Of a stretch of 61,544 nt of DNA, positions 1-9,025 are shown in pieces. Under the pieces are notes generated by a model that worked only from the letters and a program-made list of their open reading frames with translations, was not told the DNA's origin and did no database searches. A program made the translations under genes and the position numbers. The first letter of the stretch is position 1; each line of letters opens with the position of its first letter. This DNA is from Thermoleophilia bacterium (GTDB lineage: Bacteria > Actinomycetota > Thermoleophilia > BMS3ABIN01): assembly GCA_014874265.1 (NCBI GenBank), contig JACWAM010000069.1, forward strand, positions 1-61,544, read 5' to 3'.

Positions 1-424
1 ACTAACAGAAGATATCAGCCGGTTCGGACGGAACCTGAACGAGTTGTATGATCAGTATCATTTTTTAATCCTGTAATTTTCTCGTTCATTTCCCTGGAGA
101 TATCGACAGGTGTGATTTTATCTTTCCGGACGTGCAGGATGAGGGTTGGCGTTTTGATTTTTATCAGACTTTCTGTGCAATCATAACCGCGGGAAGCTTC
201 CGGCTGGCAACGCCTGTGCAGGCGGGCTGGGGATATTTGCTTTTACTGGGCGGCAGTCTTGAAAGCGCGTTGAGTAACTTGAATCTCATGGTTTTGACGG
301 CTCGGCAATCAAGTTGATACGCAACATCTTTGTAACAATATTCGGCTAGCGTACTCGCCAGTGCGCTAGCCGGGGCAGGCGCCCACTCAAGAGGCCGCCG
401 CTCGGCGGATGCAGAAAAAACATA

Positions 425-453
425 TTGAAATTTCTGATTCATTGTTATATATA
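425..453 (+). promoter_or_regulatory. Putative sigma70-type promoter upstream of comEA
   Basis: TTGAAA (425-430), 17-nt spacer, TATATA (448-453) in an AT-rich patch. Confidence 0.4.
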
Positions 454-464
454 TTATGCAGCTG

Positions 465-486
465 GGCGGCGAGAGCCGTCTTTTTT
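465..486 (+). terminator. Intrinsic terminator-like hairpin in the comEA leader
   Basis: GGCGGC-GAGA-GCCGTC stem (one G-U pair, GNRA loop) followed by T6. Confidence 0.45.
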
Positions 487-561
487 CATGCCCGCATCGG
501 TACGGCGACAAGCTGGCGCGAATATATAGAGACGGCGTGTTGACAGAACTGGAGCATATAC

Positions 562-1149
562 GTGCCCGGCATCTCCCAACGTCAAATCATTGCCTGGTCT
601 TTGGCCGGCCTTCTTGTGCTCATCATCGGAGCCGGATATCTGCGGGGCCACTTTGCGGAAGGCGGCCCCGGAACCGCGACGACCATCACCATCGATGCGC
701 CCCGTCCGGGGACGCAACATCCGGAAAAAATCGTGATCCACGTTGTTGGGGCTGTGACGCATCCAGGCCTGTACGACTCCAGCAGCGGCGCCCGGGTAGC
801 GGACGCCATCGGGATTGCCGGCGGGGCCACCCAATCGGCAGACCTCTCACGCATCAATCTGGCGGCAAAAATTGCTGATGGGCAGCAAGTGATCGTACCC
901 GAAAAGGGAACGCCTGCCGCTGCCGGCGCTGCGAATTCTTCATCTGTGCAAGCGCAGGCGCCAGTCAATCTCAATCTTGCCACGGTCGATCAGCTGACGA
1001 CGCTGGATGGCGTCGGTCCAAAAACAGCTCAAAAAATCATTGAATACCGTGAAGCTCATGGAGGTTTTAAAAATGTAGAAGATCTGCTTCAGGTGCCCGG
1101 TATTGGACCGGCCAAGCTGGACCGGATCAAGGATGAAGTAACAGTTTAG
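562..1149 (+). CDS. comEA: Competence protein ComEA (TM anchor, SLBB domain, HhH DNA-binding domain)
   Basis: N-terminal TM; VIHVVGAV..PG..RVADAI SLBB motif; VNLNLATVDQLTTLDGVGPKTAQKII and LLQVPGIGP HhH motifs. Confidence 0.93.
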   Translation: MPGISQRQIIAWSLAGLLVLIIGAGYLRGHFAEGGPGTATTITIDAPRPGTQHPEKIVIHVVGAVTHPGLYDSSSGARVADAIGIAGGATQSADLSRINLAAKIADGQQVIVPEKGTPAAAGAANSSSVQAQAPVNLNLATVDQLTTLDGVGPKTAQKIIEYREAHGGFKNVEDLLQVPGIGPAKLDRIKDEVTV

Positions 1150-1741
1150 GGCGACTTATCAACAAACTCATGGGATTTGGCAAGTATCTGCTGTTTCGAA
1201 GGCACTTGTGAACCTGAGGAACGGCGAGTTTGCAAATGGCTGCTGCTTCGGGTGCGAATTGCTGCCGCCAGGTTCGACACGGCTGCCAATCCGGTTTGCG
1301 AGGGCATGCGGTTCAGGCGATATCGCGAAAAACTGCGTCCCACGGGGTTTTGGCCAATGGTTTAAGTTTGTTTCAGGGGGATGAAGAATGGCTAAAGAGC
1401 AAAGACTTTGCCGCTGCAACCCTGCGGCGCTGCCGGAGGCAGCGCCGCCGGTTGGTAGAAGTGCCGCCAGTGCGCCGCCAGGTTTTCCCCCCAGCAAGGA
1501 GCCAGCATGTACCCCTTACAGGAAAAACAAAACAGCGCTCTACGATCCCGGACGGGTGAAAACCAGAACCGCTCGACACTAAAATATTTTTATCATAGGT
1601 GAGGGCTAAATTTCCACTTTTAGCGAGATTCTGCCGCTTTTATCCCGAAAAAGCCAGCGAACAGGGAGAGCGTTTCAGAGAAACAGCGAAAGGATTTATT
1701 TACTGTAAGCACGGAAAATCTCGAGTGGCAACGGCGCAGCC

Positions 1742-4102
1742 GTGAAGAAAATTATCAACTCCCTGGCTACGGCGCCGGTTGCGTATCTGAGCGGTTTATT
1801 ACTTTGTCTGATCGAGCATTCATGGTATGTGGACGCTGCGGCGGGAAGCGCTGCGGCTATTATGCTTATCATGTCGCTGATCACGAGAAGGGGCGGCGTA
1901 TTGCTGTTAGCTGGATTTGTTTGGCTTGGATTGTTGATCGGCTCCGCCCGCCTGGAAATGCTTTCAGCCAGTCCTCTGAAGGACCAGTTTCTGGGAAAGA
2001 GAGTGGCAATTGAGGCGGCTGTGACGTCTGCCTCGAAAGTTAAAGGAGAGTCAGAAAAATTCACCGCTCATGTTGACACGGTGAATTATCATAAAACCGG
2101 TATCACCGATGATGAAGACATTTTGGTTGAAATCGCCTGCCGCCCAAGCTGTCCGGCAAATGGCGGCTTTCAGTCCGGAGATCATGTCACGGTTACAGGT
2201 TTAGTCAAAGAGGCACCGGCTTCTCCCGGGGCCGATTTTGATTATGGTCTTTACCTAAGGCGGCAGGGAATCAACGCCGTTATCGAGGCCGGCCCGGCAG
2301 GTATCAGGCGGTTTCCCGGGAGGCAGGGGGAATGGTCGCGGATAACCGGCGCCGTTCGGAGCTACGCTCTTTCCAGCCTGGGGACCGGAGGCTGGGGCAG
2401 CGCCGGAGCTGTTCTGAAAGGCATGGTGCTCGGTGACACGGACTCCGTTCCAGACCAGATCATATCTGATTTTCAGGGCGCTGGTATCCTGCACATGCTC
2501 GCTGTTTCCGGTGAAAACGTGGTACTGCTCGGATTCGTGGTGTCGATGATTTGCCGGGCGCTTTATATCCCCAGGCTGATCTCGTCCATTGTGTCAATCA
2601 TCGTCATTTGTTTCTACGTGCCCGTAACGGGCTCCGGACCATCGATTATCCGGGCCGGCGTGGTCGGCGTTCTCGGGCTGATGGCGCTGCTTTTTTCACG
2701 GCAGTCGAGCCGCTACCATTTCCTGGCGCTGGCCGCTGCCGTGATTCTCACCCTGAATCCGTACAGCCTGTTTGATCCCGGATTTCAGCTGTCCTTTGCC
2801 GCCGTGCTTGCCATCTTTATAATCGCGCCACTATTTCGCGCCCCTTTAAGACGTCTGCCGGAACTGCCACGGGAAGCAATCTCCGTGTCGGCTGCCGCCG
2901 GCCTGGCGACTGCCCCGATCACGCTGGTCCATTTTCAGCAGGTATCGCTGGTGACGGTACCGGCAAACATAGCCGCCGAGCCAATGGCGGGTCCGGTAAT
3001 GGCGCTCGGAGTGTTGTCAATTCTGGCTAATCTAGTTTCCCCGGATCTTTGCTGGCTGCTAAACGCCGTGATGGCGGCGTGCACCGGCTATATTATCAGC
3101 GCCGCTCATTTTTTCGCGTCTTTGCCTGGTGCGGTCTACACCGGCCGAGCGCCCTCGATTGCGGCTGTGATCGGGTATTATACGGCGCTTGCCGGTGCTG
3201 TTCTTGCCGCTAGGAATGGCGGCGCTTCCCGGGTACGGGCGTGGGCGGGAAGTTTTTCCGGTTGGCGGCGGCGCCATCTGGCCTTGGCTGTTGTTGCGAT
3301 GATTTTGCTGGCCGCGGCGGGATTTACCTTTTTTGGCCGAAGCGGCGCAGCGCATCCGCCTGCCGGCTTCACAGTTTCTTTTCTGGATGTCGGCCAGGGG
3401 GATGCGGAGCTGTTTCAGGTCCCCGGGGGCGCAACCGTCCTTATCGACGGCGGCCCTGGCTCAGGAGTGCTGGACCGCCTGTCGGAGAGCGGCGTCTCCC
3501 GCCTGGACGCTGTCATCCTGACCCACGCGCACGCGGATCACCTCACGGGGCTGGTAGAGGTTCTGAAACACTATCCGGTCGCCGCAGTTTTCGATGGCGG
3601 GCCCCAGACGAACAGCCCACTTTACCGGGATTTTCTCAAGCAAATCGATGAAAAAAATATCCCTTACCGGGTGCTTCGCCGGGGACAGGCCTTAAACTTT
3701 GGCGGGCTGGCGATGAAGGTCTACAATCCTGGCGACAGACAAAATCCCGATGATCCCAACGCAAACTCGGTGGTGCTGGTCGCGCGCTACCGTGGTGTTG
3801 ATATACTTTGTCCAGGAGATGCAGAGAGCGATGTGCTCGGTACGCTCGGACTCCCGCCGGTGGATATCTACAAGGTTGGCCACCATGGCAGCAAGGACGG
3901 GTCGCTGGCGGAGCTGCTCGCTCGGATGAAGCCCAGGGTGGCCGTTATATCCGTGGGAGCGCATAACGACTATGGACATCCGGCCGCGAGTACCCTGTCC
4001 AAATTAAAACAGGCTGGCGCTCGCATCTTCCGGACCGACCATCAGGGAACGATCCGGATAAGCCTGTCGGATAACGAAATTGAGGTTAAGTCAGAAAAGT
4101 GA
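1742..4102 (+). CDS. comEC: ComEC/Rec2 DNA uptake channel with C-terminal metallo-beta-lactamase domain
   Basis: GILHMLAVSGENV and SIIRAGVVG competence-domain motifs; FLDVGQGDA, LTHAHADH and KVGHHGS MBL motifs. Confidence 0.95.
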   Translation: MKKIINSLATAPVAYLSGLLLCLIEHSWYVDAAAGSAAAIMLIMSLITRRGGVLLLAGFVWLGLLIGSARLEMLSASPLKDQFLGKRVAIEAAVTSASKVKGESEKFTAHVDTVNYHKTGITDDEDILVEIACRPSCPANGGFQSGDHVTVTGLVKEAPASPGADFDYGLYLRRQGINAVIEAGPAGIRRFPGRQGEWSRITGAVRSYALSSLGTGGWGSAGAVLKGMVLGDTDSVPDQIISDFQGAGILHMLAVSGENVVLLGFVVSMICRALYIPRLISSIVSIIVICFYVPVTGSGPSIIRAGVVGVLGLMALLFSRQSSRYHFLALAAAVILTLNPYSLFDPGFQLSFAAVLAIFIIAPLFRAPLRRLPELPREAISVSAAAGLATAPITLVHFQQVSLVTVPANIAAEPMAGPVMALGVLSILANLVSPDLCWLLNAVMAACTGYIISAAHFFASLPGAVYTGRAPSIAAVIGYYTALAGAVLAARNGGASRVRAWAGSFSGWRRRHLALAVVAMILLAAAGFTFFGRSGAAHPPAGFTVSFLDVGQGDAELFQVPGGATVLIDGGPGSGVLDRLSESGVSRLDAVILTHAHADHLTGLVEVLKHYPVAAVFDGGPQTNSPLYRDFLKQIDEKNIPYRVLRRGQALNFGGLAMKVYNPGDRQNPDDPNANSVVLVARYRGVDILCPGDAESDVLGTLGLPPVDIYKVGHHGSKDGSLAELLARMKPRVAVISVGAHNDYGHPAASTLSKLKQAGARIFRTDHQGTIRISLSDNEIEVKSEK

Positions 4103-5088
4103 CCGTTAGAAGCAAAAAAGCAGAAAAGCTAAAGCCGGTCTATTTAATTACGGGAAGTGATGGACCCAAGGTAGAAAAAGCCATTCGCCGGCTGCGGGAG
4201 CGGGTGGCTTCTGACTCTGGCACGGACCTGAACATCGATGTCTTCGATGCCTCTGCGAGCCCGGCGCTGGAGGTACTCCAGGCGGCGGGAACACCTCCCT
4301 TTGGCGATGGCGTGCGCCTGGTGCTGGTCAAGAATTCCGGCTTCTTCAGCAAGCCTGACAAGGACGCAATTTGTACATATCTTTCCGATCCGCCCGCGCA
4401 TGCGGTGCTGGCGCTGACGGGAGGAGGTATCCGGAAGAATGAGGCTCTATATAAAGCGGTGCAGGCGGCGGGCCAGGTGCTCTCGTTCGAGTCGCCGTCG
4501 CCGGCCAATATGCCGCGCTGGGCGCAGGAGCAGGCCGCCGGCTTGAACCTGAAACTGGGTTCCCGGGAAGCGCGCCGGCTTGTCTTTCTGACCGGCGCGG
4601 ACCAGCGGGCCATCATTGCCGAGCTGGAGAAGTTGTCTGCTTACCTTGGTGGTGGCGCCGCCGTTGGCATGGAAGAGATCGACGACCTTTGCTGGGTTTC
4701 CAGCGAGGTGCGGATCTGGGATCTGACCGATGCCCTGGGAGCCAAGAACAGGGCCGCCGTCTTCCGGCACCTGGAAGCGATGCTGGCAATTCAAACAGCG
4801 CCGGCGACCGCCTTTTTTTCCATTGCCCGGCATTTGCGGTTGCTGGCGGAAGTAGTTGCCGCGCGCGACAGGGGTGAGGATGCCGCCGGCGCCGCCCGGG
4901 CGCTGGGATTAAAGCCTTATCCGGCCAGGAAGCTGGCCGAGCAAAGCAAGGGATTCGCCACCGCTCAGCTGCGGCAGGCGGTGCGCATTATTGCCGAGCT
5001 GGATGCTGATATCAAAGGAAGGGTTGACATACCGCCTGACCTGGCTCTGGAGATGGCGCTGTCTCGGGTGCTTGATGCGGTCAGCTAG
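4099..5088 (+). CDS. holA: DNA polymerase III delta subunit
   Basis: PVYLITGSD start, TPPFGDGVRLVLV, IWDLTDAL, ELDADIKG; 4-nt overlap with comEC, the usual comEC-holA order. Confidence 0.92.
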   Translation: MTVRSKKAEKLKPVYLITGSDGPKVEKAIRRLRERVASDSGTDLNIDVFDASASPALEVLQAAGTPPFGDGVRLVLVKNSGFFSKPDKDAICTYLSDPPAHAVLALTGGGIRKNEALYKAVQAAGQVLSFESPSPANMPRWAQEQAAGLNLKLGSREARRLVFLTGADQRAIIAELEKLSAYLGGGAAVGMEEIDDLCWVSSEVRIWDLTDALGAKNRAAVFRHLEAMLAIQTAPATAFFSIARHLRLLAEVVAARDRGEDAAGAARALGLKPYPARKLAEQSKGFATAQLRQAVRIIAELDADIKGRVDIPPDLALEMALSRVLDAVS

Positions 5089-5209
5089 ATCATCCTTGGC
5101 GGCGCCGGCATAATTTGGCGTGTTCAACAGGCGGGGAAGAGTTTGACTAAATTTGGCCGCAGCGAGACCGAAGCGGAGCAAGGAGGACGGTAGCGCCAGT
5201 TCTCAATGC

Positions 5210-6064
5210 TTATTTTTCCTGATCGTCAACTTGACTTTCCTCACCGGCGGCTTCGATCTGCGGTGGCGCCTGGCTGGCCGGCCTTGTTGCTTCCATATCA
5301 AAAAAGAACAGGGAATAGGCAACGATAAAGTAAGACGCGACAATACTGGCGATCACCGCAAAGACGGTATCGGAGATATAAACTCCCTGTTTGAAATTGA
5401 ACGCGCCGATCAGACCGCCTGCGGCCGCTGCCATTAATCCAAGCACGAGGGAAAAACCAAAAACCCGCCACCAGCGCCCCTTAACCAATTCGGCGCTGGA
5501 AGCAACAGCGCCCCAGCCCCATTTGCCATAAATGACCACCATTTGAATGGCAAAAGTCCAAAAAACATAAAAATATATTCCCGGTACAATAAACAAGGCA
5601 AATAGAACGCTGAGCATAATCTCGATCATCAGCAGGGTGATAAGCGCGGCCGGCCACATAGGCAGCGCTTTTCTGAGAGCTTCCATATAATTGACTTTGC
5701 GGTCTTCGCGGGTGGCCTTAACGACCAGAACGATGGCCATAAATGAAAGGGCGCCCCCGAGTGAGCCAAAAAAGTGAATCGCCACCGCCACGCCGGCCAG
5801 TTCAACGGTTGCTCTCACGTAGCCAGGTACATCAACCTCACTCGACTTGTTGTTCCGGATCAGGTTTGATTGATGATTGACGAAACTTTGCTGTCCGCTG
5901 AGGAAGTCGATCCGGTCGATACCCTGTACCGCCAGTGACAGCGGAATCTGCACGATCAGGGTGATGATCAGGATCGTGAGGAAGTTTTCCTTAAATACTT
6001 TCCAGGCACCGGTGATCAGGTCAATCAGTGCGATGCCGCCCCCGGTTGTAGCTGCTTCCGCCAT
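5210..6064 (-). CDS. Multi-pass membrane protein of unknown function (YciC/GDPD-membrane-domain-like)
   Basis: AWKVFKENF N-terminus, about 6 hydrophobic segments, S.ELVKGRWWRVFG motif typical of this membrane family. Confidence 0.7.
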   Translation of the reverse strand: MAEAATTGGGIALIDLITGAWKVFKENFLTILIITLIVQIPLSLAVQGIDRIDFLSGQQSFVNHQSNLIRNNKSSEVDVPGYVRATVELAGVAVAIHFFGSLGGALSFMAIVLVVKATREDRKVNYMEALRKALPMWPAALITLLMIEIMLSVLFALFIVPGIYFYVFWTFAIQMVVIYGKWGWGAVASSAELVKGRWWRVFGFSLVLGLMAAAAGGLIGAFNFKQGVYISDTVFAVIASIVASYFIVAYSLFFFDMEATRPASQAPPQIEAAGEESQVDDQEK

Positions 6065-6285
6065 ATGCTAACTGGCCTCCATTGCTCGATGATAATTTAC
6101 AGGAGTTTATCATCAAACCATTTCCAATTTCTCAAAACCTGTCCTGGTCGCCACATGCCGATACTCAGACTATTGCCGGTCCGCCGCACCCAAGCCTGAA
6201 TCTTTGCCGCCCTTTTGCCATCTAAAAACTTTGATTATCCCAAGAACTACCCTTTTGGGTCGTTCTTAAGACCGAAGGAGCGCAA

Positions 6286-6693
6286 ATGCACGAATGGACC
6301 TTAATTTTGCCGCTGGGGTTGGCAGCGGGGATTCTGTTTACAAAATGGAATGCCAAGCACCGGCTCAGGCGCGCCGGCGTCAGGGAGATTGGCGCCCGCG
6401 AGACGATGGCGCTGATTAAAGAGAAAAAAGCGCTTGTAGTCGACGTGAGGGAAGCCAGCGAATTTAAAACCGGCCGGATTCCCAAGGCAAAGCACATCCC
6501 CCTGCGGCAGGTGGGAAAGCGCATCAAAGAGCTGGAGAAGCACAAGGGCCGGCCGATAATCGTTAACTGCCGCAGCGGCCGGCGCTCGGCCTCGGCCAGC
6601 ATGCTGCTTTCCAAAAATGGCTTTGATGACGTATATAATCTCAAGGGCGGCATCATCGCCTGGAACAGAGCCAACTTAAAGCTGGAGAGATGA
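6286..6693 (+). CDS. Membrane-anchored rhodanese-domain protein (YibN-like)
   Basis: N-terminal TM, VVDVREASEFKTGRIPKAKHIP, active loop CRSGRRS, VYNLKGGIIAW. Confidence 0.9.
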   Translation: MHEWTLILPLGLAAGILFTKWNAKHRLRRAGVREIGARETMALIKEKKALVVDVREASEFKTGRIPKAKHIPLRQVGKRIKELEKHKGRPIIVNCRSGRRSASASMLLSKNGFDDVYNLKGGIIAWNRANLKLER

Positions 6694-6953
6694 CACCAAA
6701 AATCACATTGTACGCATCGAGAACCTGCCGGTACTGCCAGGCGGCGGAGCGCCTGCTTGCCAGCAAGGGTGTGAGCGAGATCAATAAGATCAACATTGAC
6801 CTGACGCCGGACAGCCGCGATGAGCTGGAATCAAAGACCGGCCGCCGGACGGTGCCGCAGGTATTTATCGGCGACGTTCATGTCGGCGGTTTTGACGACC
6901 TGTCGGCCCTTGACAAGTCAGGAAAGCTCGATGAGATGCTAGCGAGGGGATAG
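6690..6953 (+). CDS. grxC: Glutaredoxin 3-like protein
   Basis: CRYC active site, TGRRTVPQVFIG and HVGGFDDL motifs; ATGA overlap with the rhodanese gene. Confidence 0.88.
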   Translation: MTPKITLYASRTCRYCQAAERLLASKGVSEINKINIDLTPDSRDELESKTGRRTVPQVFIGDVHVGGFDDLSALDKSGKLDEMLARG

Positions 6954-6983
6954 CGGCCCACCTCGTTACTCTCCCGCAACCTC

Positions 6984-7817
6984 TTACTTGCCAATCCTGG
7001 ACATGGCGACTTTGGCGTTGAGGCCGATCTCCATATCCTTGCTTCGGGAGAGCTCTTCCAGGTAAGGGATGGCGTCCTCGATCAGGCCCGGACTGCTCAT
7101 GCCGATAATCCCGATCGCCATGACGGCGTTCTTCACCACGGTTGGGTCGCTGCTCTTCAGGTAGCCGATCAACTGCGGCATATGCTCGCTAACCAGGTCC
7201 GGATAGTTGAACCCAAGAGCGCCGAAGGCGAAAACAACGCCGCCGCAACTTGTCTCTTTCGCATGTTTTAACACCGCCACCAGCTTGGGCGTCTGGTCCT
7301 TGATCAGCTCCGGCGAGTTGACGCCGATCTTGCCAAGCGCGTGGGCGCCGGCTTCTCGCTCATCTTCGTCATCGGAGTCAAGCATCTGGACCAGCCCTGG
7401 AATCCGGTCTTCCACCAGATCCGGATAGTTAAAGCCGATGTTGCCCAGGGCGTAAGCGGCGTCCTGCCGGACGAGCGGGTCCGCGTCGGCCAGCATCTCC
7501 TTCAGCATCGGCAGGACTTCTTCCGATTTGTCGCGGTAGTTGAAGACGAGATTGCCGAGGGCGCAGGCTCCCTCCGATTTCAGGACGGCGTTTTCCTCGA
7601 GGACTTTCATGATCTTGCCGGTGAAGGCGTAGACGTCCTCGGGATGATCGAAGCCGAAGCGGCCGAGCACGTTGAGAATACCGCGGCGCGTGTCATCATC
7701 GGAGGTCTCAAGATAGCTGATTAGTTCCCGCACGACCGCCTGCCGGTCCTGATATAGCAGATCCGAAACCTCGCCAAATTTTTTTTCCTTAAGCAACTTT
7801 TCCAGGTTTTCCGTCAA
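6984..7817 (-). CDS. HEAT-repeat protein
   Basis: Tandem ~38-aa repeats (VRQDAAYALGNIG, EREAGAHALGKIG, VVKNAVMAIGIIG). Confidence 0.85.
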   Translation of the reverse strand: MTENLEKLLKEKKFGEVSDLLYQDRQAVVRELISYLETSDDDTRRGILNVLGRFGFDHPEDVYAFTGKIMKVLEENAVLKSEGACALGNLVFNYRDKSEEVLPMLKEMLADADPLVRQDAAYALGNIGFNYPDLVEDRIPGLVQMLDSDDEDEREAGAHALGKIGVNSPELIKDQTPKLVAVLKHAKETSCGGVVFAFGALGFNYPDLVSEHMPQLIGYLKSSDPTVVKNAVMAIGIIGMSSPGLIEDAIPYLEELSRSKDMEIGLNAKVAMSRIGK

Positions 7818-7956
7818 CTTGACCTCTGTAATTTTCTTTTTTGTTCTGTTGCGCGGCGGCGCCTGATTTTTACATCTAGCTTATTTTATACCAGGAGCCC
7901 GTCCCGGTAGGAACCCCCGGCTGAGGCCGAACTTCCAAACTCCCGTTTTTTCTTTC

Positions 7957-7981
7957 GTTAGAAGCTGGTATTTACGGGAAT
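7957..7981 (+). promoter_or_regulatory. Possible stress-sigma (SigB/SigF-type) promoter for ku-ligD
   Basis: GTTAGA-N13-GGGAAT resembles the SigB/SigF consensus; NHEJ genes are often under such sigma factors (inference). Confidence 0.35.
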
Positions 7982-8089
7982 ATATGAATTTCCAGCACAA
8001 TTGGGAAACAACGTTTTTTCAGCAAAATTAACGAAACTGGGAACAATAAGGAAAATGCTCATTCTTTAAACTCAGACGGCTCTTATGTT

Positions 8090-8163
8090 TGTCATTATGA
8101 GCGAAGCGAAGCAATTTATTTTACGATGAAAAGCACTTCGTCGCTATGCTTTTCAGAATGACA
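8090..8163. repeat. Degenerate TGTCAT...ATGACA palindromic REP-like element, copy 1
   Basis: Ends TGTCATTATGA / TCAGAATGACA; internal GCGAAGCGAAG / CTTCGTCGC arms. Confidence 0.65.
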
Positions 8164-8182
8164 TTTTGCTTGAGTAAATTGG

Positions 8183-9025
8183 ATGAGCGGCAAAGGAAAG
8201 GAGACCGCTTTGCCCCGCGCCATCTGGTCCGGCCCGATCAGCTTCGGTCTGGTGAATATCCCCATCAGCCTGTATCCGGCTACGAAAGGAAAGAGCGTCT
8301 CGTTCCGGCAGCTTCATGCCTCTGACAATACGCCGATCAATTACGCCAAAGTCTGCCCCAACGACGGCCAGACCCTTACCGCTGACGAAATCGTCAAAGG
8401 ATACGAGTTCGAAAAAGGCCGGTTTGTGGTGATGGAGGATAAGGATTTTGAAGCGGTCACCGTCCGCAAGGGGCGGGCCATCGAAATCATCAATTTCTTC
8501 GATATCGATGAAGTTGATCCAATCTATTATCAAAAGTCTTATTACCTGGCGCCTAGGGAGACCAGCCTAAAAGCGTTCCGCCTGCTGGTGGCGGCAATGG
8601 AGCGGCAAAACAAGGCGGCGCTGGCCAAATTTTCGCTTAGGGAAAAGCAGCACCTGTCTGTGCTGAGGCCCAAAGACGGGGCTCTGCTCTTGGAAACGCT
8701 TTATTATCACGATGAAGTAAGAAGCACAAAAGACCTGGAGCTTGCCGGCGAGGAAGTCGAGCTTGACAGCAGCGAGCTGGAGCTGGCGGAGGGGCTGGTG
8801 GAGAGGATGACGGCGGCGTTTGACCTGGCCCGCTTCCGGGATGAGTACCGGGATGAGCTGCTGAAAATCATCAATCAGAAGATCGAAGGCAGGGAGATTA
8901 CCGTGCCCGAGCTGGCCCCCCTCGCGCCGGTGGTTGACATCATGGACGCGTTGAAAAAAAGCATCGCCCGTCAGGAAGAAGAAAAGAAGGAGGCGCCGCC
9001 CAAACGCCGGCGGCGGGCATCGTGA
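8183..9025 (+). CDS. ku: NHEJ DNA end-binding protein Ku
   Basis: RAIWSGPISFGLVNIP, IVKGYEFEKG, FRDEYRDEL, VVDIMDALKKS motifs; basic tail. Confidence 0.96.
   Translation: MSGKGKETALPRAIWSGPISFGLVNIPISLYPATKGKSVSFRQLHASDNTPINYAKVCPNDGQTLTADEIVKGYEFEKGRFVVMEDKDFEAVTVRKGRAIEIINFFDIDEVDPIYYQKSYYLAPRETSLKAFRLLVAAMERQNKAALAKFSLREKQHLSVLRPKDGALLLETLYYHDEVRSTKDLELAGEEVELDSSELELAEGLVERMTAAFDLARFRDEYRDELLKIINQKIEGREITVPELAPLAPVVDIMDALKKSIARQEEEKKEAPPKRRRRAS

Noticed and set aside
164-442. Minus-strand ORF MNQKFQY... (92 aa)
   Set aside because: No SD and no recognisable motif; cannot be supported.
1262-1292. GGTTCGAC T-loop-like motif (possible tRNA-Sec)
   Set aside because: No paired T-stem or cloverleaf.
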